Shown: one piece after another, positions 1 through 10,515 of the stretch
How positions within the stretch are numbered: the stretch's first letter is position 1
How the letters are laid out: every line of letters starts with the position of its first letter
Source of the DNA: an uncultured Alphaproteobacteria bacterium
Lineage (GTDB): Bacteria > Pseudomonadota > Alphaproteobacteria > Rhizobiales > Xanthobacteraceae
DNA length: 64,000 nt
NCBI GenBank assembly: GCA_963832045.1
Contig: CAWHSM010000004.1
Location: forward strand, 244,896-308,895
Direction: 5' to 3'
Position numbers and translations under genes: made by a program
Notes under the pieces: model-generated
Told to the model about the DNA's origin: nothing
The model's input: the letters and a program-made list of their open reading frames with translations, nothing else
The model's database searches: none

Positions 1-971
1 ACGCCGAACCCCAGCGCTATCCTGACCCCGATATCGTTGTGATCGACCCCAAGCGTTTCAAGGCCAAGGTCGGCAACACCTCCATCAAACGGCTCTACAC
101 CGGCTGCCTGTGGGCTGAAGGGCCGGCCTGGAACGCGCAAGGCCAGTATCTCGTCTGGAGCGATATTCCGAACAACCGTCAGCTGCGCTATCTCGATGAT
201 GACGGCCATATCTCCGAGCAGTTCCACAAACCTTCCAACGAAGGAAATGGCAACACCTTCGACTTCCAGGGCCGGCAAATTACCTGCGAGCGGACGCGCC
301 TGGTTCGCTATGAGCATAACGGCGCACTCACCGTGCTGGCCGAGCAGGCCAATGGCAAACAGCTCAACGGGCCGAACGACGTGGTGGTGCATCCCAACGA
401 CGGCTCGATCTGGTTCACGGATCCCGGCTACGGGGCCAACAGCCTTTATGAAGGACAGAGGGCCAATACGGGTTCGGTGCAGCCCTATCAAAAGGAGGCG
501 GTCTACCGGCTTGACGCACAGACGGGCCAGGTCAGCAAGGTCGCCGACGATCCCTTGAAGCCGAACGGCATTGCCTTCAGCCACGACTACAAGAAGGTCT
601 ATGTCTGCGATACCGGCATCACCCACTATCCCCAAGCCAAGAACATCGTCTGGCAATATGATCTCGACGGCGCCAAGCTTTCGAATCCGCGTACGCTGAT
701 CGACATGACGCTCGACGGCAAATCCGGTTTTCCCGACGGCATGCGGGTCGATACCGAAGGCAACATCTGGGTCGGTGCCGGATGGGTCGGCGATGGCTAT
801 GACGGCGTCCAGATCTTCGCGCCGGACGGTGAACGGATCGGCCAAATTTGTTTGCCCGAGACCTGCGCCAATGTCTGCTTCGGCGGCAGGAAGCGAAACC
901 GCCTGTTCATGACGGCGAGCCAATCCCTGTATGCGGTCTACGTCGAAACCCAGGGCGCGCACAACTGTTGA
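1..971 (+). CDS. SMP-30/gluconolactonase/LRE-family lactonase, 5'-partial (frame is open from the window edge)
   Basis: Frame stays open from nt 3 (..PEPQRYPDPDIVVIDPKRF..), so the track start at 39 is probably internal. Propeller-lactonase motifs are present: NGPNDVVVHPNDGSIWFTDPGYG, PNGIAFS, FPDGMRVD, NVCFGG. Confidence 0.85.
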   Translation, partial: AEPQRYPDPDIVVIDPKRFKAKVGNTSIKRLYTGCLWAEGPAWNAQGQYLVWSDIPNNRQLRYLDDDGHISEQFHKPSNEGNGNTFDFQGRQITCERTRLVRYEHNGALTVLAEQANGKQLNGPNDVVVHPNDGSIWFTDPGYGANSLYEGQRANTGSVQPYQKEAVYRLDAQTGQVSKVADDPLKPNGIAFSHDYKKVYVCDTGITHYPQAKNIVWQYDLDGAKLSNPRTLIDMTLDGKSGFPDGMRVDTEGNIWVGAGWVGDGYDGVQIFAPDGERIGQICLPETCANVCFGGRKRNRLFMTASQSLYAVYVETQGAHNC

Positions 972-977
972 AAGGAA

Positions 978-1037
978 GCGAATGGCGAGTGGCGAATAGG
1001 GAAATTTCCATTCGCTATTCGCTACTCCCTATTCGCC
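978..1037. terminator. Possible bidirectional stem-loop region between convergent lactonase and ppc genes
   Basis: Two mutually exclusive inverted repeats: GCGAATGG (978-985)/CCATTCGC (1008-1015) and GGCGAATAGGGA (991-1002)/TCCCTATTCGCC (1026-1037). There is no clear U-tract. Confidence 0.3.
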
Positions 1038-1045
1038 TCTTGCTT

Positions 1046-3841
1046 TCAGCCGCTGTTGCGTAAGCCCGCCGAAATGCCGTTGATCGTGATCTGGATGGCG
1101 CGCAGCGCCTGCTCGTCGGCGTTCTGCGCCCGATGCTCCTTCAGGAGTTCCACCTGCACGTGGTTCAACGGATCGAGATAGGGAAAGCGGTTGCGGATCG
1201 AGCGCTCCAGCGGCGGATTGCTCTCCAGCAAGCGTCCCTGCCCCGTGATCTGCAACAGCATGTCGATCGAGCTTTGCCATTCGCGCCGGATGCGCTCGAA
1301 GATGCTTTCGCGCAAGCTCACGTCAGGCACCAGCTCGGCATAACGCGAGGCGATCGCGATCGAACTCTTGGCAAGCACCATGTCCATGTTCGACAACAGC
1401 GTGCGGAAGAACGGCCATTCGCGATAGAGTTCTTTCAGGAAGGCCATGCCCGTGTCGGGATTTTCCTTGATCCATGTCTCCACCGCACTGCCGAATCCGT
1501 ACCATCCCGGCAACATCAGCCGGCATTGCGCCCAGCTGAATACCCAGGGAATGGCGCGCAGATCCTCGATCTCGCGGGTCTTCTTGCGCGAGGCCGGCCG
1601 GCTGCCGATGTTCAAGGTCGCGATCTCCGTGATCACGGTAGAGGCCCAGAAATAGTCGGCAAAGCCTTCGGTTTCATAGACCAGCCCGCGATAGGCCTTG
1701 AACGCATGCGCTGACAATCGCTCCATCGCCTTCAGGTATTCCGCGCGCGGGGCGCTTTGGCTTGGCTGCAACAGGCTTGCCTCCAGCGTCGCCGCCGCCA
1801 GAACTTCCAGATTGTCGAGGCCGACCTCCGAGTTGGCATATTTGCTGGAGATGATCTCGCCCTGCTCGGTGATCCGGATCTGGCCGTTCACGGCGCCGCC
1901 GGGCTGGGCGATGATGGCATCATAGCTCGGGCCGCCGCCGCGCCCGACCGAGCCGCCGCGGCCGTGAAAGAGACGCAGCCGCACGTGATGCCGCTCGAAC
2001 ACGTCGACCAGGCCGATCTCGGCCTTGTAGAGCTCCCAGCCCGACGTGACGAAACCGCCGTCCTTGTTGCTGTCGGAATAGCCGAGCATCACTTCCTGCA
2101 CCGAGCCGCGGCTGTCCACCAGCTTGCGGTAATCGTGCATCGACAGGATACGGTCCATGATGCGGCCGGAGGCCTGCAAATCCTCGATCGTCTCGAACAA
2201 CGGCACGATGTTGATCGCGCTGCGCCCGGAAGGGTCGACGAGACCGGCCTCCTTCAGCAATATCGCCACCTCGAGCATATCGGAGATGCCCTTGCACATC
2301 GAGATGATGCATTGGGGGATCGCCTGGGGACCGAATTTGGCATGGGCTTCGGCGGCAGCGTGGAACACGGCCAACTCACCCACCGTCTCTTCGCTGTATT
2401 TGACGAATGCCGAGGTCAGCGGCCGGGCGCTGTGCAACTCGTCGGCGAGAAGCGCGATGCGCGCTTCCTCGTTCAGCGCCAGATAGGACATTCCGGGCAT
2501 CGCCGCATCGATCAGCTCGGCGACGGTGCGCTCATGCACGGCTGAATTCTGTCTAATGTCGAGGCTCGCGAGATGAAAGCCGAAGCAGTCCACGGCGCGG
2601 CGCAGGTGACGCAGCCGCCCGCGCGCGATCACGCGCGAGTTGTTCGCCATCAGCGAACGATAGAGCACATCGAGGTCGGCCTTGAACTCTCCGACATTGG
2701 CATAGGGCGCGGCTTCGCCGATCGCCGCCCGCGTCGTTTCCACCTCAAGCCGCGCGGCGGTGGCGGTAAGCCTGGCAAAGATGCCGGATACCGCCAGCCG
2801 ATAAGGCTCGCCGCTTCGATGCGGCGACTTGTCGGGCGAACGCTCGGCAAGCGCCCGCAGATCCTTTGACACATCGGCAAGATGGGCTGCGAGCGAAAGC
2901 TCGGAGCCGAGCACATGCAATTCATCGAGGTAGAAACGAAGCACGCGGCTCGACTGCATCTTCAGCGTGCCGCGCATCACGTCGGCGGTGACAAACGGGT
3001 TGCCGTCGCGGTCGCCGCCGATCCAGCTTCCCATTTTCAGGAAAGATGCCAATTCGCCTTGAGCACCCTCCCCGTTATTCAAGCGATCTTCGAGCCGGCA
3101 ATGCAACCGGGGAACTTCGTGCAGGAAAGTGTAGTCATAGAAAGACAGGCCGTTGGCAACCTCATCGAGCACGGTGAGCCGGGTGCGGCGCAGAAGATTG
3201 GTTTGCCATAACGTCAATACCGCACGCCGCAATTGCTCGTCGCTTGCGGCCAGCTCTTCCGGCGTCAATTGCACCCGCTCGCGCCGGTCCAGAAGGGCGG
3301 CGATCTCCATCTCGCGGTCAATGGTGCTCTTGCGCCGGACTTCGGTCGGATGGGCGGTCAACACCGGGCTGACGAGCGCGCCCGCCAGGAATCCGCGCAA
3401 GCTCGTCGCGCTGATGCCGGCGTTGCGCGCATGCTGCAACGTCAGCGCCAGCGTTCCCGGTCGCGGCGCTTCGCCAGCCTTGGAGCCCGCGCGCATCCGG
3501 CGGATGTTGTTCTGGTCCTCGGCGATGTTGGCCAGATGCGAGAAGTAGCTGAACGCGCGCACGATGCGCACCGTCTGGCTGATCGACATGCTGTCGAGGA
3601 TGAGCTCCAACTCGCCCCTCGCCGCCTTGTCGTCGCCACGGTGAAACCGGATCGAGGTTTGCCGGATGCGCTCGACCAGATCGAACACGTCAGCGCCTTC
3701 CTGGTCGCGGACGGTATCACCCAAGATGCGCCCAAGCAGGCGGATATCGTTCCGCAGCCGCGCGTCTTCCTCAAGCGCGGAGGCTTCCTCGCCGCGATTG
3801 GCCTCGATCCCGTTTTTGGAAGGCACGACCTGGGGGGACAT
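1046..3841 (-). CDS. ppc: Phosphoenolpyruvate carboxylase
   Basis: 931 aa with an ATG start. Carries the canonical VLTAHPTE and [14 protein letters not shown] motifs and the C-terminal ..GLRNSG. Confidence 0.97.
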   Translation of the reverse strand: MSPQVVPSKNGIEANRGEEASALEEDARLRNDIRLLGRILGDTVRDQEGADVFDLVERIRQTSIRFHRGDDKAARGELELILDSMSISQTVRIVRAFSYFSHLANIAEDQNNIRRMRAGSKAGEAPRPGTLALTLQHARNAGISATSLRGFLAGALVSPVLTAHPTEVRRKSTIDREMEIAALLDRRERVQLTPEELAASDEQLRRAVLTLWQTNLLRRTRLTVLDEVANGLSFYDYTFLHEVPRLHCRLEDRLNNGEGAQGELASFLKMGSWIGGDRDGNPFVTADVMRGTLKMQSSRVLRFYLDELHVLGSELSLAAHLADVSKDLRALAERSPDKSPHRSGEPYRLAVSGIFARLTATAARLEVETTRAAIGEAAPYANVGEFKADLDVLYRSLMANNSRVIARGRLRHLRRAVDCFGFHLASLDIRQNSAVHERTVAELIDAAMPGMSYLALNEEARIALLADELHSARPLTSAFVKYSEETVGELAVFHAAAEAHAKFGPQAIPQCIISMCKGISDMLEVAILLKEAGLVDPSGRSAINIVPLFETIEDLQASGRIMDRILSMHDYRKLVDSRGSVQEVMLGYSDSNKDGGFVTSGWELYKAEIGLVDVFERHHVRLRLFHGRGGSVGRGGGPSYDAIIAQPGGAVNGQIRITEQGEIISSKYANSEVGLDNLEVLAAATLEASLLQPSQSAPRAEYLKAMERLSAHAFKAYRGLVYETEGFADYFWASTVITEIATLNIGSRPASRKKTREIEDLRAIPWVFSWAQCRLMLPGWYGFGSAVETWIKENPDTGMAFLKELYREWPFFRTLLSNMDMVLAKSSIAIASRYAELVPDVSLRESIFERIRREWQSSIDMLLQITGQGRLLESNPPLERSIRNRFPYLDPLNHVQVELLKEHRAQNADEQALRAIQITINGISAGLRNSG

Positions 3842-4083
3842 CCGGCAAACTCATAATTGCACAGCGTCCTTGCGTCGCAATTTTTAACGCGTCGCGCAAG
3901 GCCAAGAGGCGGGCAATCGGGCCGGAACTATCCGCAAAGCGCGGGCGCATGTTGATAACCCTTCCGTCGGGCGGGCGGCCGCGCCTTTAGCGGAATCCGT
4001 CGAACAGAAGAAGCCGCTTTACACGAAAGCTCGGTCCGGGCTTAGTTCACGGTGACTGACACGCAAAGAACGGGGAGCCCGTC

Positions 4084-4956
4084 ATGTTCAGTGAAAAGCT
4101 GCTCGCAGGCCGGCGAATTCTAGTCACGGGAGGCGGCACCGGGCTCGGCAAATCGATGGCTGGGCGCTTTCTCGAGCTGGGCGCGGAGGTCCACATTTGC
4201 GGACGCCGCAAGAGCGTCTGCGACGAGACCGCGACCGAATTGATGGACCTTCATGGCGGCCGCGTCACCAGCCACGGCGTCGATATCCGCAACGCTCTTG
4301 CGGTCGACGAGATGATCGAAGCGATCTTCAAGGACAGCCCGCTCACCGACCTCGTCAACAACGCAGCCGGGAATTTCATCTCGCGCACCGAAGATCTTTC
4401 GTCGCGCGGCTTCGATGCGGTGGCCAACATCGTCATGCACGGCACCTTCTATGTCACGCATGCCGTCGGCCGCCGCTGGATCGCCAACAAGCTCCGCGGC
4501 AACGTGGTTTCGATTACCGTCACCTGGGTCCGTAACGGCAGTCCGTATGTGGTGCCGTCGGCGATGAGCAAGTCGGCGGTCCATGCCATGACGATGTCGC
4601 TGGCGGCCGAATGGGGCCGCTACGGCATCCGGCTGAATACGATCGCGCCAGGCGAGATTCCGACCGAGGGCATGAGCAAAAGGATCAAGCCGGGCGACGA
4701 GGCCGGCGCGCGTACCCGGGCCGCAAACCCCATGGGCCGGGTCGGGACGATGGAGGAGCTGCAAAACCTGGCAGTGTTCCTGATTTCCGGCGGCTGCGAC
4801 TGGATCAACGGCGAGACCATCGCAATGGACGGCGGCCAGGCGCTCGCCATGGGCGGCAACTTCTATCAGCTGCGCGACTGGACCGACGCCGATTGGCAAA
4901 AAGCCCGCGAACAGATCAAGGCGCAAAATGAAAAAGACCGTGGGGCCAGGGGATAA
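4084..4956 (+). CDS. SDR-family oxidoreductase (2,4-dienoyl-CoA-reductase-like)
   Basis: N-terminal Rossmann motif VTGGGTGLGKSM; NNAAGNF; 290 aa. Confidence 0.85.
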   Translation: MFSEKLLAGRRILVTGGGTGLGKSMAGRFLELGAEVHICGRRKSVCDETATELMDLHGGRVTSHGVDIRNALAVDEMIEAIFKDSPLTDLVNNAAGNFISRTEDLSSRGFDAVANIVMHGTFYVTHAVGRRWIANKLRGNVVSITVTWVRNGSPYVVPSAMSKSAVHAMTMSLAAEWGRYGIRLNTIAPGEIPTEGMSKRIKPGDEAGARTRAANPMGRVGTMEELQNLAVFLISGGCDWINGETIAMDGGQALAMGGNFYQLRDWTDADWQKAREQIKAQNEKDRGARG

Positions 4957-4966
4957 GGTCTCTCGC

Positions 4967-5941
4967 ATGCCGGTAACGAAAGTCTTGCGCCGCGCGTTGC
5001 TGGCGCTGCTGTTCGCTGCCTGGTCAATCCCTGCAAGCCATGCCGCGGGCTATCCGGAACGAACGATCAAGATCGTCGTTCCCTTCCCCGCCGGCGGGCC
5101 AACCGACGTTGCGGCGCGGCTGATCGCGCAATCGCTGGCGACGAAATTCGGCAAGGGCGTCGTTGTCGAAAACCATCCCGGCGCCGGAGGCCGGATCGGC
5201 GCCAAAGTGGTCGCAACCGCGACGCCGGACGGCTACACGCTGCTGCTCGGCGGGACCAACGTCAACGCGATCGGGGCGATCTACAGCGACCTCGGCTTCG
5301 ACCCGGTCAAGTCCTTTGCCCCGATCGGCGTGGTTTGCGCCGATTCGCTAGCGATCGCCATCTCACCCGGCCTGCCCGCCGATAATTTCCAGGAATTCAT
5401 CCAGTACGCGAAGGATCATCCCGGAAAGCTGAAATACGGCGCCTCGCCCGGCATCTACACGCAGTTTGCCGGCGAGTATTTCAAGCTGAAGACCGGCACC
5501 GACATTCTGTTTGTGCCCTACAAAGGCGGCGCGCCCGCGGTGACGGATGCGCTGGGTGGACACATCGAAATGGTCGTCAACAACAAATCGAATCTTCTGT
5601 CGCTGTTCAAGGACGGAAAACTGAAGGCGCTGGCCGTGACCAGCCGCGACCGTTGGCCGGAATTGCCGCAAATCCCGACCATGAACGAGGTCGGCATCCT
5701 CGGCTTCCCGCAGGAGGTGTTGTTCGGGCTGCTCGCGCCCGCGGGAACGCCGCAAGTCATCGTCAAGCAGCTTAACGCCGCCGTCAACGAAGCCCTGCGG
5801 TCGGCGGAAGTCCGCGCCAGCCTCGATGGCGTTGGCGTGGAGGCCAGGGTTGGGACACCCGAGGAGTTTGCGTCAGCCCTCGACGAGCAGGCGCGCGAAT
5901 GGAAGAGGGTGATCGAGGAGACCGGCATTCAGGTCGAATAA
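4967..5941 (+). CDS. Tripartite tricarboxylate transporter substrate-binding protein (Bug/TctC family)
   Basis: Signal peptide MPVTKVLRRALLALLFAAWSIPASHAA followed by YPERTIKIVVPFPAGGPTD, typical of the Bug family. I prefer the ATG at 4967 over the track start at 4928. Confidence 0.85.
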   Translation: MPVTKVLRRALLALLFAAWSIPASHAAGYPERTIKIVVPFPAGGPTDVAARLIAQSLATKFGKGVVVENHPGAGGRIGAKVVATATPDGYTLLLGGTNVNAIGAIYSDLGFDPVKSFAPIGVVCADSLAIAISPGLPADNFQEFIQYAKDHPGKLKYGASPGIYTQFAGEYFKLKTGTDILFVPYKGGAPAVTDALGGHIEMVVNNKSNLLSLFKDGKLKALAVTSRDRWPELPQIPTMNEVGILGFPQEVLFGLLAPAGTPQVIVKQLNAAVNEALRSAEVRASLDGVGVEARVGTPEEFASALDEQAREWKRVIEETGIQVE

Positions 5942-6000
5942 GCGATCCCCGGCTCCGCGCACCGTTGCACGCGCAGCGACCGGGGCGCGCCAAACAGCGC

Positions 6001-7197
6001 CTATCCTTTTTCGCCCTGCCCTGCCGATACGGTCACCGGCCGTCCCTTGGTCGAGACGACGCGGACTTTATCGCCCTCCGAGATGCCGTCGGGTGGGGAG
6101 TTGACGATGCGGTCTTCCAGCGAAATGCCGCCGGCAAGCTCGATATCTCGCCCGAGATCGCGGGCAATCGTCACGGTCTTGAACCGGATACGATCGTCGG
6201 CGGTCAACGTCGCAAGGCGCAGGCCATTCTGGTCGAAAATAAGCGCGCTGGCAGGAACGTGCAGCGGGACATTGTCGCCGCGTTGCAGGATCAAGCGGAC
6301 ATTGGCAAAGCCGCCGGGCATCAATTCTCCGACCGAGTTTTCAAGCGCAAGCTGCATCTGGGTCGTGCCGGAAGTCACGTCGACCGACTGTGCGGAGGCT
6401 TCCACGGTCGCATCAAAAGCCCGGGTCGGATATTCCGGCACCACAATCGCCGCCTTGGCGCCGATCTTCACCGACGGCACATAATTCTGCGGAACGTTGA
6501 CATAGACGCGCAGCTTCTTGATGTCCGAGATCACGAACATCGGCGGGCCGCTGCCGCCGCCTGCATTGATCAGCGCGCCGACGTCAGTCGTACGCGCGGT
6601 GACGATGCCGTCGAACGGCACGGTGATCTTCTTGTAATTGGCCAACGCCTCAAGACGCTCAACGTTGGCCTGGCTGGAGTTGACCGCGGCGTTCTTGTTG
6701 GAGAGGTCGGCGGTGCGCTCGTCGATTTCCTGCATCGAGACGAAATTCGACGCGATCAGCGTCTTGCGGCGCGCGAGCGTCACTTCCGAAAGCTTGGCGC
6801 TCGCCTGCTGGTTGGTGAGATCGGCGCGCGCTTGCAGCAATTGCTGATCGAGGTCGGGCGCTTCGATCTCGGCGATCACTTCGCCGGCCTTGACCCGTGC
6901 GCCGATATCAACGCTCCAGCTTTTCAGGTAGCCGTTGACGCGGGCGAAGATCGGCGCGCGGTAATAAGCTTCAAGCCGGCCCGGAAGATCGATCGTGGCT
7001 GTTAACTGCCCCGGATCGGGATAGATCACCGCGACCGACGGAATGGCCTGGTCGTCGGTCCATTCCCGCAGCTTGGTGCTGGAATCTTCCCGCGCACGGA
7101 TACCGCTGACTACCAACGTCAAGGCAGCAACCAGGGCAACTGAGCCGAAAACGCCCAGTTTCCGGCGAGAAGTCGGCTTGCGAGCTTCAGTGGGCAT
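6001..7197 (-). CDS. Efflux RND transporter periplasmic adaptor (membrane fusion protein)
   Basis: HlyD/AcrA-like layout: a membrane anchor, then coiled-coil and lipoyl/beta-barrel segments. The ATG at 7197 (MPTEARKPT..) is preferred and overlaps the upstream RND gene by 11 nt. Confidence 0.85.
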   Translation of the reverse strand: MPTEARKPTSRRKLGVFGSVALVAALTLVVSGIRAREDSSTKLREWTDDQAIPSVAVIYPDPGQLTATIDLPGRLEAYYRAPIFARVNGYLKSWSVDIGARVKAGEVIAEIEAPDLDQQLLQARADLTNQQASAKLSEVTLARRKTLIASNFVSMQEIDERTADLSNKNAAVNSSQANVERLEALANYKKITVPFDGIVTARTTDVGALINAGGGSGPPMFVISDIKKLRVYVNVPQNYVPSVKIGAKAAIVVPEYPTRAFDATVEASAQSVDVTSGTTQMQLALENSVGELMPGGFANVRLILQRGDNVPLHVPASALIFDQNGLRLATLTADDRIRFKTVTIARDLGRDIELAGGISLEDRIVNSPPDGISEGDKVRVVSTKGRPVTVSAGQGEKG

Positions 7198-10100
7198 TCT
7201 CTGTCTCCGATAGGACGACGGCTTTGGCGTCCCGCTTCTTGTGCAGCATACTGAAAACCACGGGAACAAACATCAGGGTCGCGATCGTCGAGAAGGCCAG
7301 TCCGCCGATCACGGCCCGGCCCAGCGGGGCATTGGCTTCGCCGCCGTCGCCCAGCCCCAGCGACATCGGCATCATGCCGATGATCATGGCGAGCGCGGTC
7401 ATCAAGACCGGCCGGATTCGCACAAAACCGGCCTCGATAGCGGCCGCGACCGGGTCGCCGTGTTCGTCGTAGCGTTCGCGGGCAAAGCTGATCACCAGCA
7501 CGCTGTTGGCGGTGGCGACGCCCATGCACATGATCGCCCCGGTCAACGCCGGGACCGACATCGTGGTGTGGGTCGTGAACAGCATCCATACGATCCCGGC
7601 CAGCGCCGCCGGCAACGCCGTGATGATGACGAACGGATCGGACCAGGACTGGAAGTTCACCACGATCAGGAAATAGACCAGCACAATGGCCCCGAGCAAA
7701 CCAAAGAGCAAACCGGTAAACGAACTGTTCATGGTCTGCACCTGACCGGAAAGCACAACCGTAGAGCCCTTCGGTACTTGCTTGGCCGTGTCCGCGATGA
7801 CCTTCTGGACGTCCGAGGCGATGCCGCCGAGATCGCGCCCCTGTGGGGTCGCGAAAATCTGCACCACCGGCTGGATGTCGTATTGGGAAACAATCGCGCT
7901 CGACGTCGTCCGGGTAATGCTGGCAACACCACCAAGAATCGGCGCCGCCGTCGGCACGTTGGAGGTGATCGGCAGGGTCTCCAGCGCGCTCAGCAAATCG
8001 ATCTGATATTGCGGCGTCTGCATCACGATCGAGTAAGACACGCCGTTATCAGGGTTGAGGAAGTAGGTCGGCGTGACCTGCCCGCTGCCCGACAGGTTGA
8101 CGGTCAGACTGTTGACGACATCGCGCTCGGTCAGGCCGACATATTGCGCCCGCGTCCTGTCCACATCGATGTTGAAGGTCGGATTGCTCGCCGATTGCTG
8201 AATGCGCGCGTCCGCGACGCCTGGAATCCGGCGAATGCGATTCAGCAGGTTGGTAGCGTAGGCGAAGTTCGCGTTCAAATTGTTGCCCCTGATCTGCAAG
8301 TCGATCGGCGCGGGCGCGCCGAAGTTCAGGATCTGGTTGACAATATCGGCCGGGAGAAAAGCAAAACTCGTTCCAGGGAAGAGACGCGGAAGCTCCGCAC
8401 GCATCGCCTTTACGTAATTCTCAGTCGGCGGATGATCGTCCTTCAGCTTGATCTGGATGTCGCCGTCCTGCGGGCCCATCACGCCGGTATTGTTGTACGC
8501 CGTATTGATGCCGGAGTTCGGCAGGCCGATGTTGTCGGTCATCGTCTCAATCTGATCCGGCGGGATGATTTTGCGGATCGCCTTCTGGACATCGGCGAGC
8601 TGATTGGCGCTTTCCTCCAGGCGGGTACCGACCTGGGTGCGAACATGCATCAGGATCTGGCCGGCATCGACCGACGGGAAAAAGTTCTGTCCGAGATAGG
8701 GCACCAGAGCGAACGAGGCGACGATAAAGACCAGGAAACCGGTCACGAAGGTCGGACGGTGACGCAGCGCAAGCGTCAGCAGGTCGCGATGTCCGCTACG
8801 GAACTGCTCGAATTTGGCCTCGAAGCCGCGCTGGAACCAGACCAGCGGGTTGCGCGTGGGCGGCAGGGCAGCGCCATGCTCATGCTGATGCGGCTTAAGC
8901 AAATACATCGCCATCGTCGGCACCAGCGTTCGCGACAGGATGAAGGACCAGATCATCGCGAAGATCACCGCTTCGGCCATCGGCACGAACAGGAAGCGGG
9001 GGATGCCTTGCAGGAAAAACATCGGTATGAACACGATGCAGATGCAGAGCAGCGAGACGAAGGCCGGCACCACGATCTGCTGCGCGCCGTCCAGAATCGC
9101 CGGTCGAACTTCCTTGCCCTGCTCCAGATGCCAGTTGATGTTCTCGATCGTCACGGTGGCTTCGTCAACGAGAATGCCGACCGCGAGCGCCAGGCCGCCC
9201 AGCGTCATGATGTTGAGGGTTTCGCCGAAGGCCGCCAGCATGATGATCGAACCGAACACAGCAAGCGGGATCGACGTCGCGATGATGATCGTCGAGCGCC
9301 AGCTTCCCAGGAACAAGAGGATCATCACACTTGTGAGCATGGCCGCGAGCACGCCTTCGCGCACCACGCCCTCGATCGAGGCGGCCACGAACACGCCCTG
9401 GTCGCCGACGAATCCGATCTTCAGCGCGTCTGGAAGTGAATCCTTGTATGCGGCCAGCTTCTTCTTGACGCCGGCGATGATGTCGAGCGTCGAGATATAA
9501 CCCGACTTCAGCACCACCATCAGAACGGAACGACCACCGTTCACATGAACGACGTTGGTTTGCGGCGGATTGCCGTCGCGCACGGTGGCGACATCGCGCA
9601 CATAGACCGTCGCGCCGTTGACCACCTTGATCGGGAGATTGCCGAGTTCATCGATCTTCAGCGGCGAATTGTTGACCTGGATGACATATTCGAAGCTGCC
9701 GATCTTCGAGGTACCGGCGGGCTGTATGAGATTTTGCGCGGCAAGCGCGTTAGCAACATCCTGGCCGGAGAGCCCCAGCGCCTGCAACTTCGACGGATCG
9801 ACGTCGATCTGGATTTGACGTACCTTCCCGCCATAGGGATAGGGGACCGCCGCGCCAGGTACCGTCACCAGCGGCGTGCGCAACTGATTGAGGGCGACAT
9901 CGGCGAGAATCTGTTCGGTGAGCCCCTCCCCTGACAGGGCGAGCTGGATGATCGGAACCGTCGAGGCGGAGTAGTTCAGGATCAGCGGCGGCGTGGCGCC
10001 CGGCGGCATCTGCTTGAGGACCGTCTGCGAGACGGCGGTCACTTGCGCGTTGGCCGTGCGAATGTCGGCGTTCGGCTGGAAGTAGATCTTGACGATACCG

Positions 10101-10369
10101 ATACCGTTATAGGAATTCGCTGTGATGTGTTCGATATCGTTAACTGTCGTCGTCAGAATGCGCTGGTAGGGCGTGACGATACGACCGGACATCTGATCCG
10201 GCGGCAAACCGGTGTACTGCCAGATGACGCCGATCACGGGGATTCGGATATCCGGAAAGATGTCGACCGGCGTGCGCATCGCAGCCAACGGCCCGATGAT
10301 CAGGAGCAGCAGCGCGAGCACGACGAATGTGTATGGCCGGTTCAGGGCAATACGGACCAACTCAGTCAT
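7187..10369 (-). CDS. Efflux RND transporter permease (AcrB/HAE family)
   Basis: 1060 aa with 12-TM AcrB architecture. N-terminus MTELVRIALNRPYTFVVLALLLLIIG, two large periplasmic loops. Confidence 0.93.
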   Translation of the reverse strand: MTELVRIALNRPYTFVVLALLLLIIGPLAAMRTPVDIFPDIRIPVIGVIWQYTGLPPDQMSGRIVTPYQRILTTTVNDIEHITANSYNGIGIVKIYFQPNADIRTANAQVTAVSQTVLKQMPPGATPPLILNYSASTVPIIQLALSGEGLTEQILADVALNQLRTPLVTVPGAAVPYPYGGKVRQIQIDVDPSKLQALGLSGQDVANALAAQNLIQPAGTSKIGSFEYVIQVNNSPLKIDELGNLPIKVVNGATVYVRDVATVRDGNPPQTNVVHVNGGRSVLMVVLKSGYISTLDIIAGVKKKLAAYKDSLPDALKIGFVGDQGVFVAASIEGVVREGVLAAMLTSVMILLFLGSWRSTIIIATSIPLAVFGSIIMLAAFGETLNIMTLGGLALAVGILVDEATVTIENINWHLEQGKEVRPAILDGAQQIVVPAFVSLLCICIVFIPMFFLQGIPRFLFVPMAEAVIFAMIWSFILSRTLVPTMAMYLLKPHQHEHGAALPPTRNPLVWFQRGFEAKFEQFRSGHRDLLTLALRHRPTFVTGFLVFIVASFALVPYLGQNFFPSVDAGQILMHVRTQVGTRLEESANQLADVQKAIRKIIPPDQIETMTDNIGLPNSGINTAYNNTGVMGPQDGDIQIKLKDDHPPTENYVKAMRAELPRLFPGTSFAFLPADIVNQILNFGAPAPIDLQIRGNNLNANFAYATNLLNRIRRIPGVADARIQQSASNPTFNIDVDRTRAQYVGLTERDVVNSLTVNLSGSGQVTPTYFLNPDNGVSYSIVMQTPQYQIDLLSALETLPITSNVPTAAPILGGVASITRTTSSAIVSQYDIQPVVQIFATPQGRDLGGIASDVQKVIADTAKQVPKGSTVVLSGQVQTMNSSFTGLLFGLLGAIVLVYFLIVVNFQSWSDPFVIITALPAALAGIVWMLFTTHTTMSVPALTGAIMCMGVATANSVLVISFARERYDEHGDPVAAAIEAGFVRIRPVLMTALAMIIGMMPMSLGLGDGGEANAPLGRAVIGGLAFSTIATLMFVPVVFSMLHKKRDAKAVVLSETENAH

Positions 10370-10515
10370 GACGCTGACATTCCTCGACCAGACTTTGGTG
10401 ATGGGTGATGCTCGCGCGGGGCTTTACCTGAATTGCCGCCAAATGGCTAACCTCTGGCCGGTCAAAAGATTTCAATTCCGCGAGACCTTAACCGCCTTCT
10501 GGACGCTGGCTTGAG

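Noticed and set aside
7241-9439. 732-aa ORF on the plus strand
   Set aside because: It is entirely antisense to the AcrB-like gene. Its composition is extremely Arg/His/Asp/Gly-rich with no motifs, which is a typical high-GC antisense artefact. The same applies to 5899-7005, 1757-2545, 3233-3856, 10735-11883, 43202-43912, 45151-45861 and 45890-46966.
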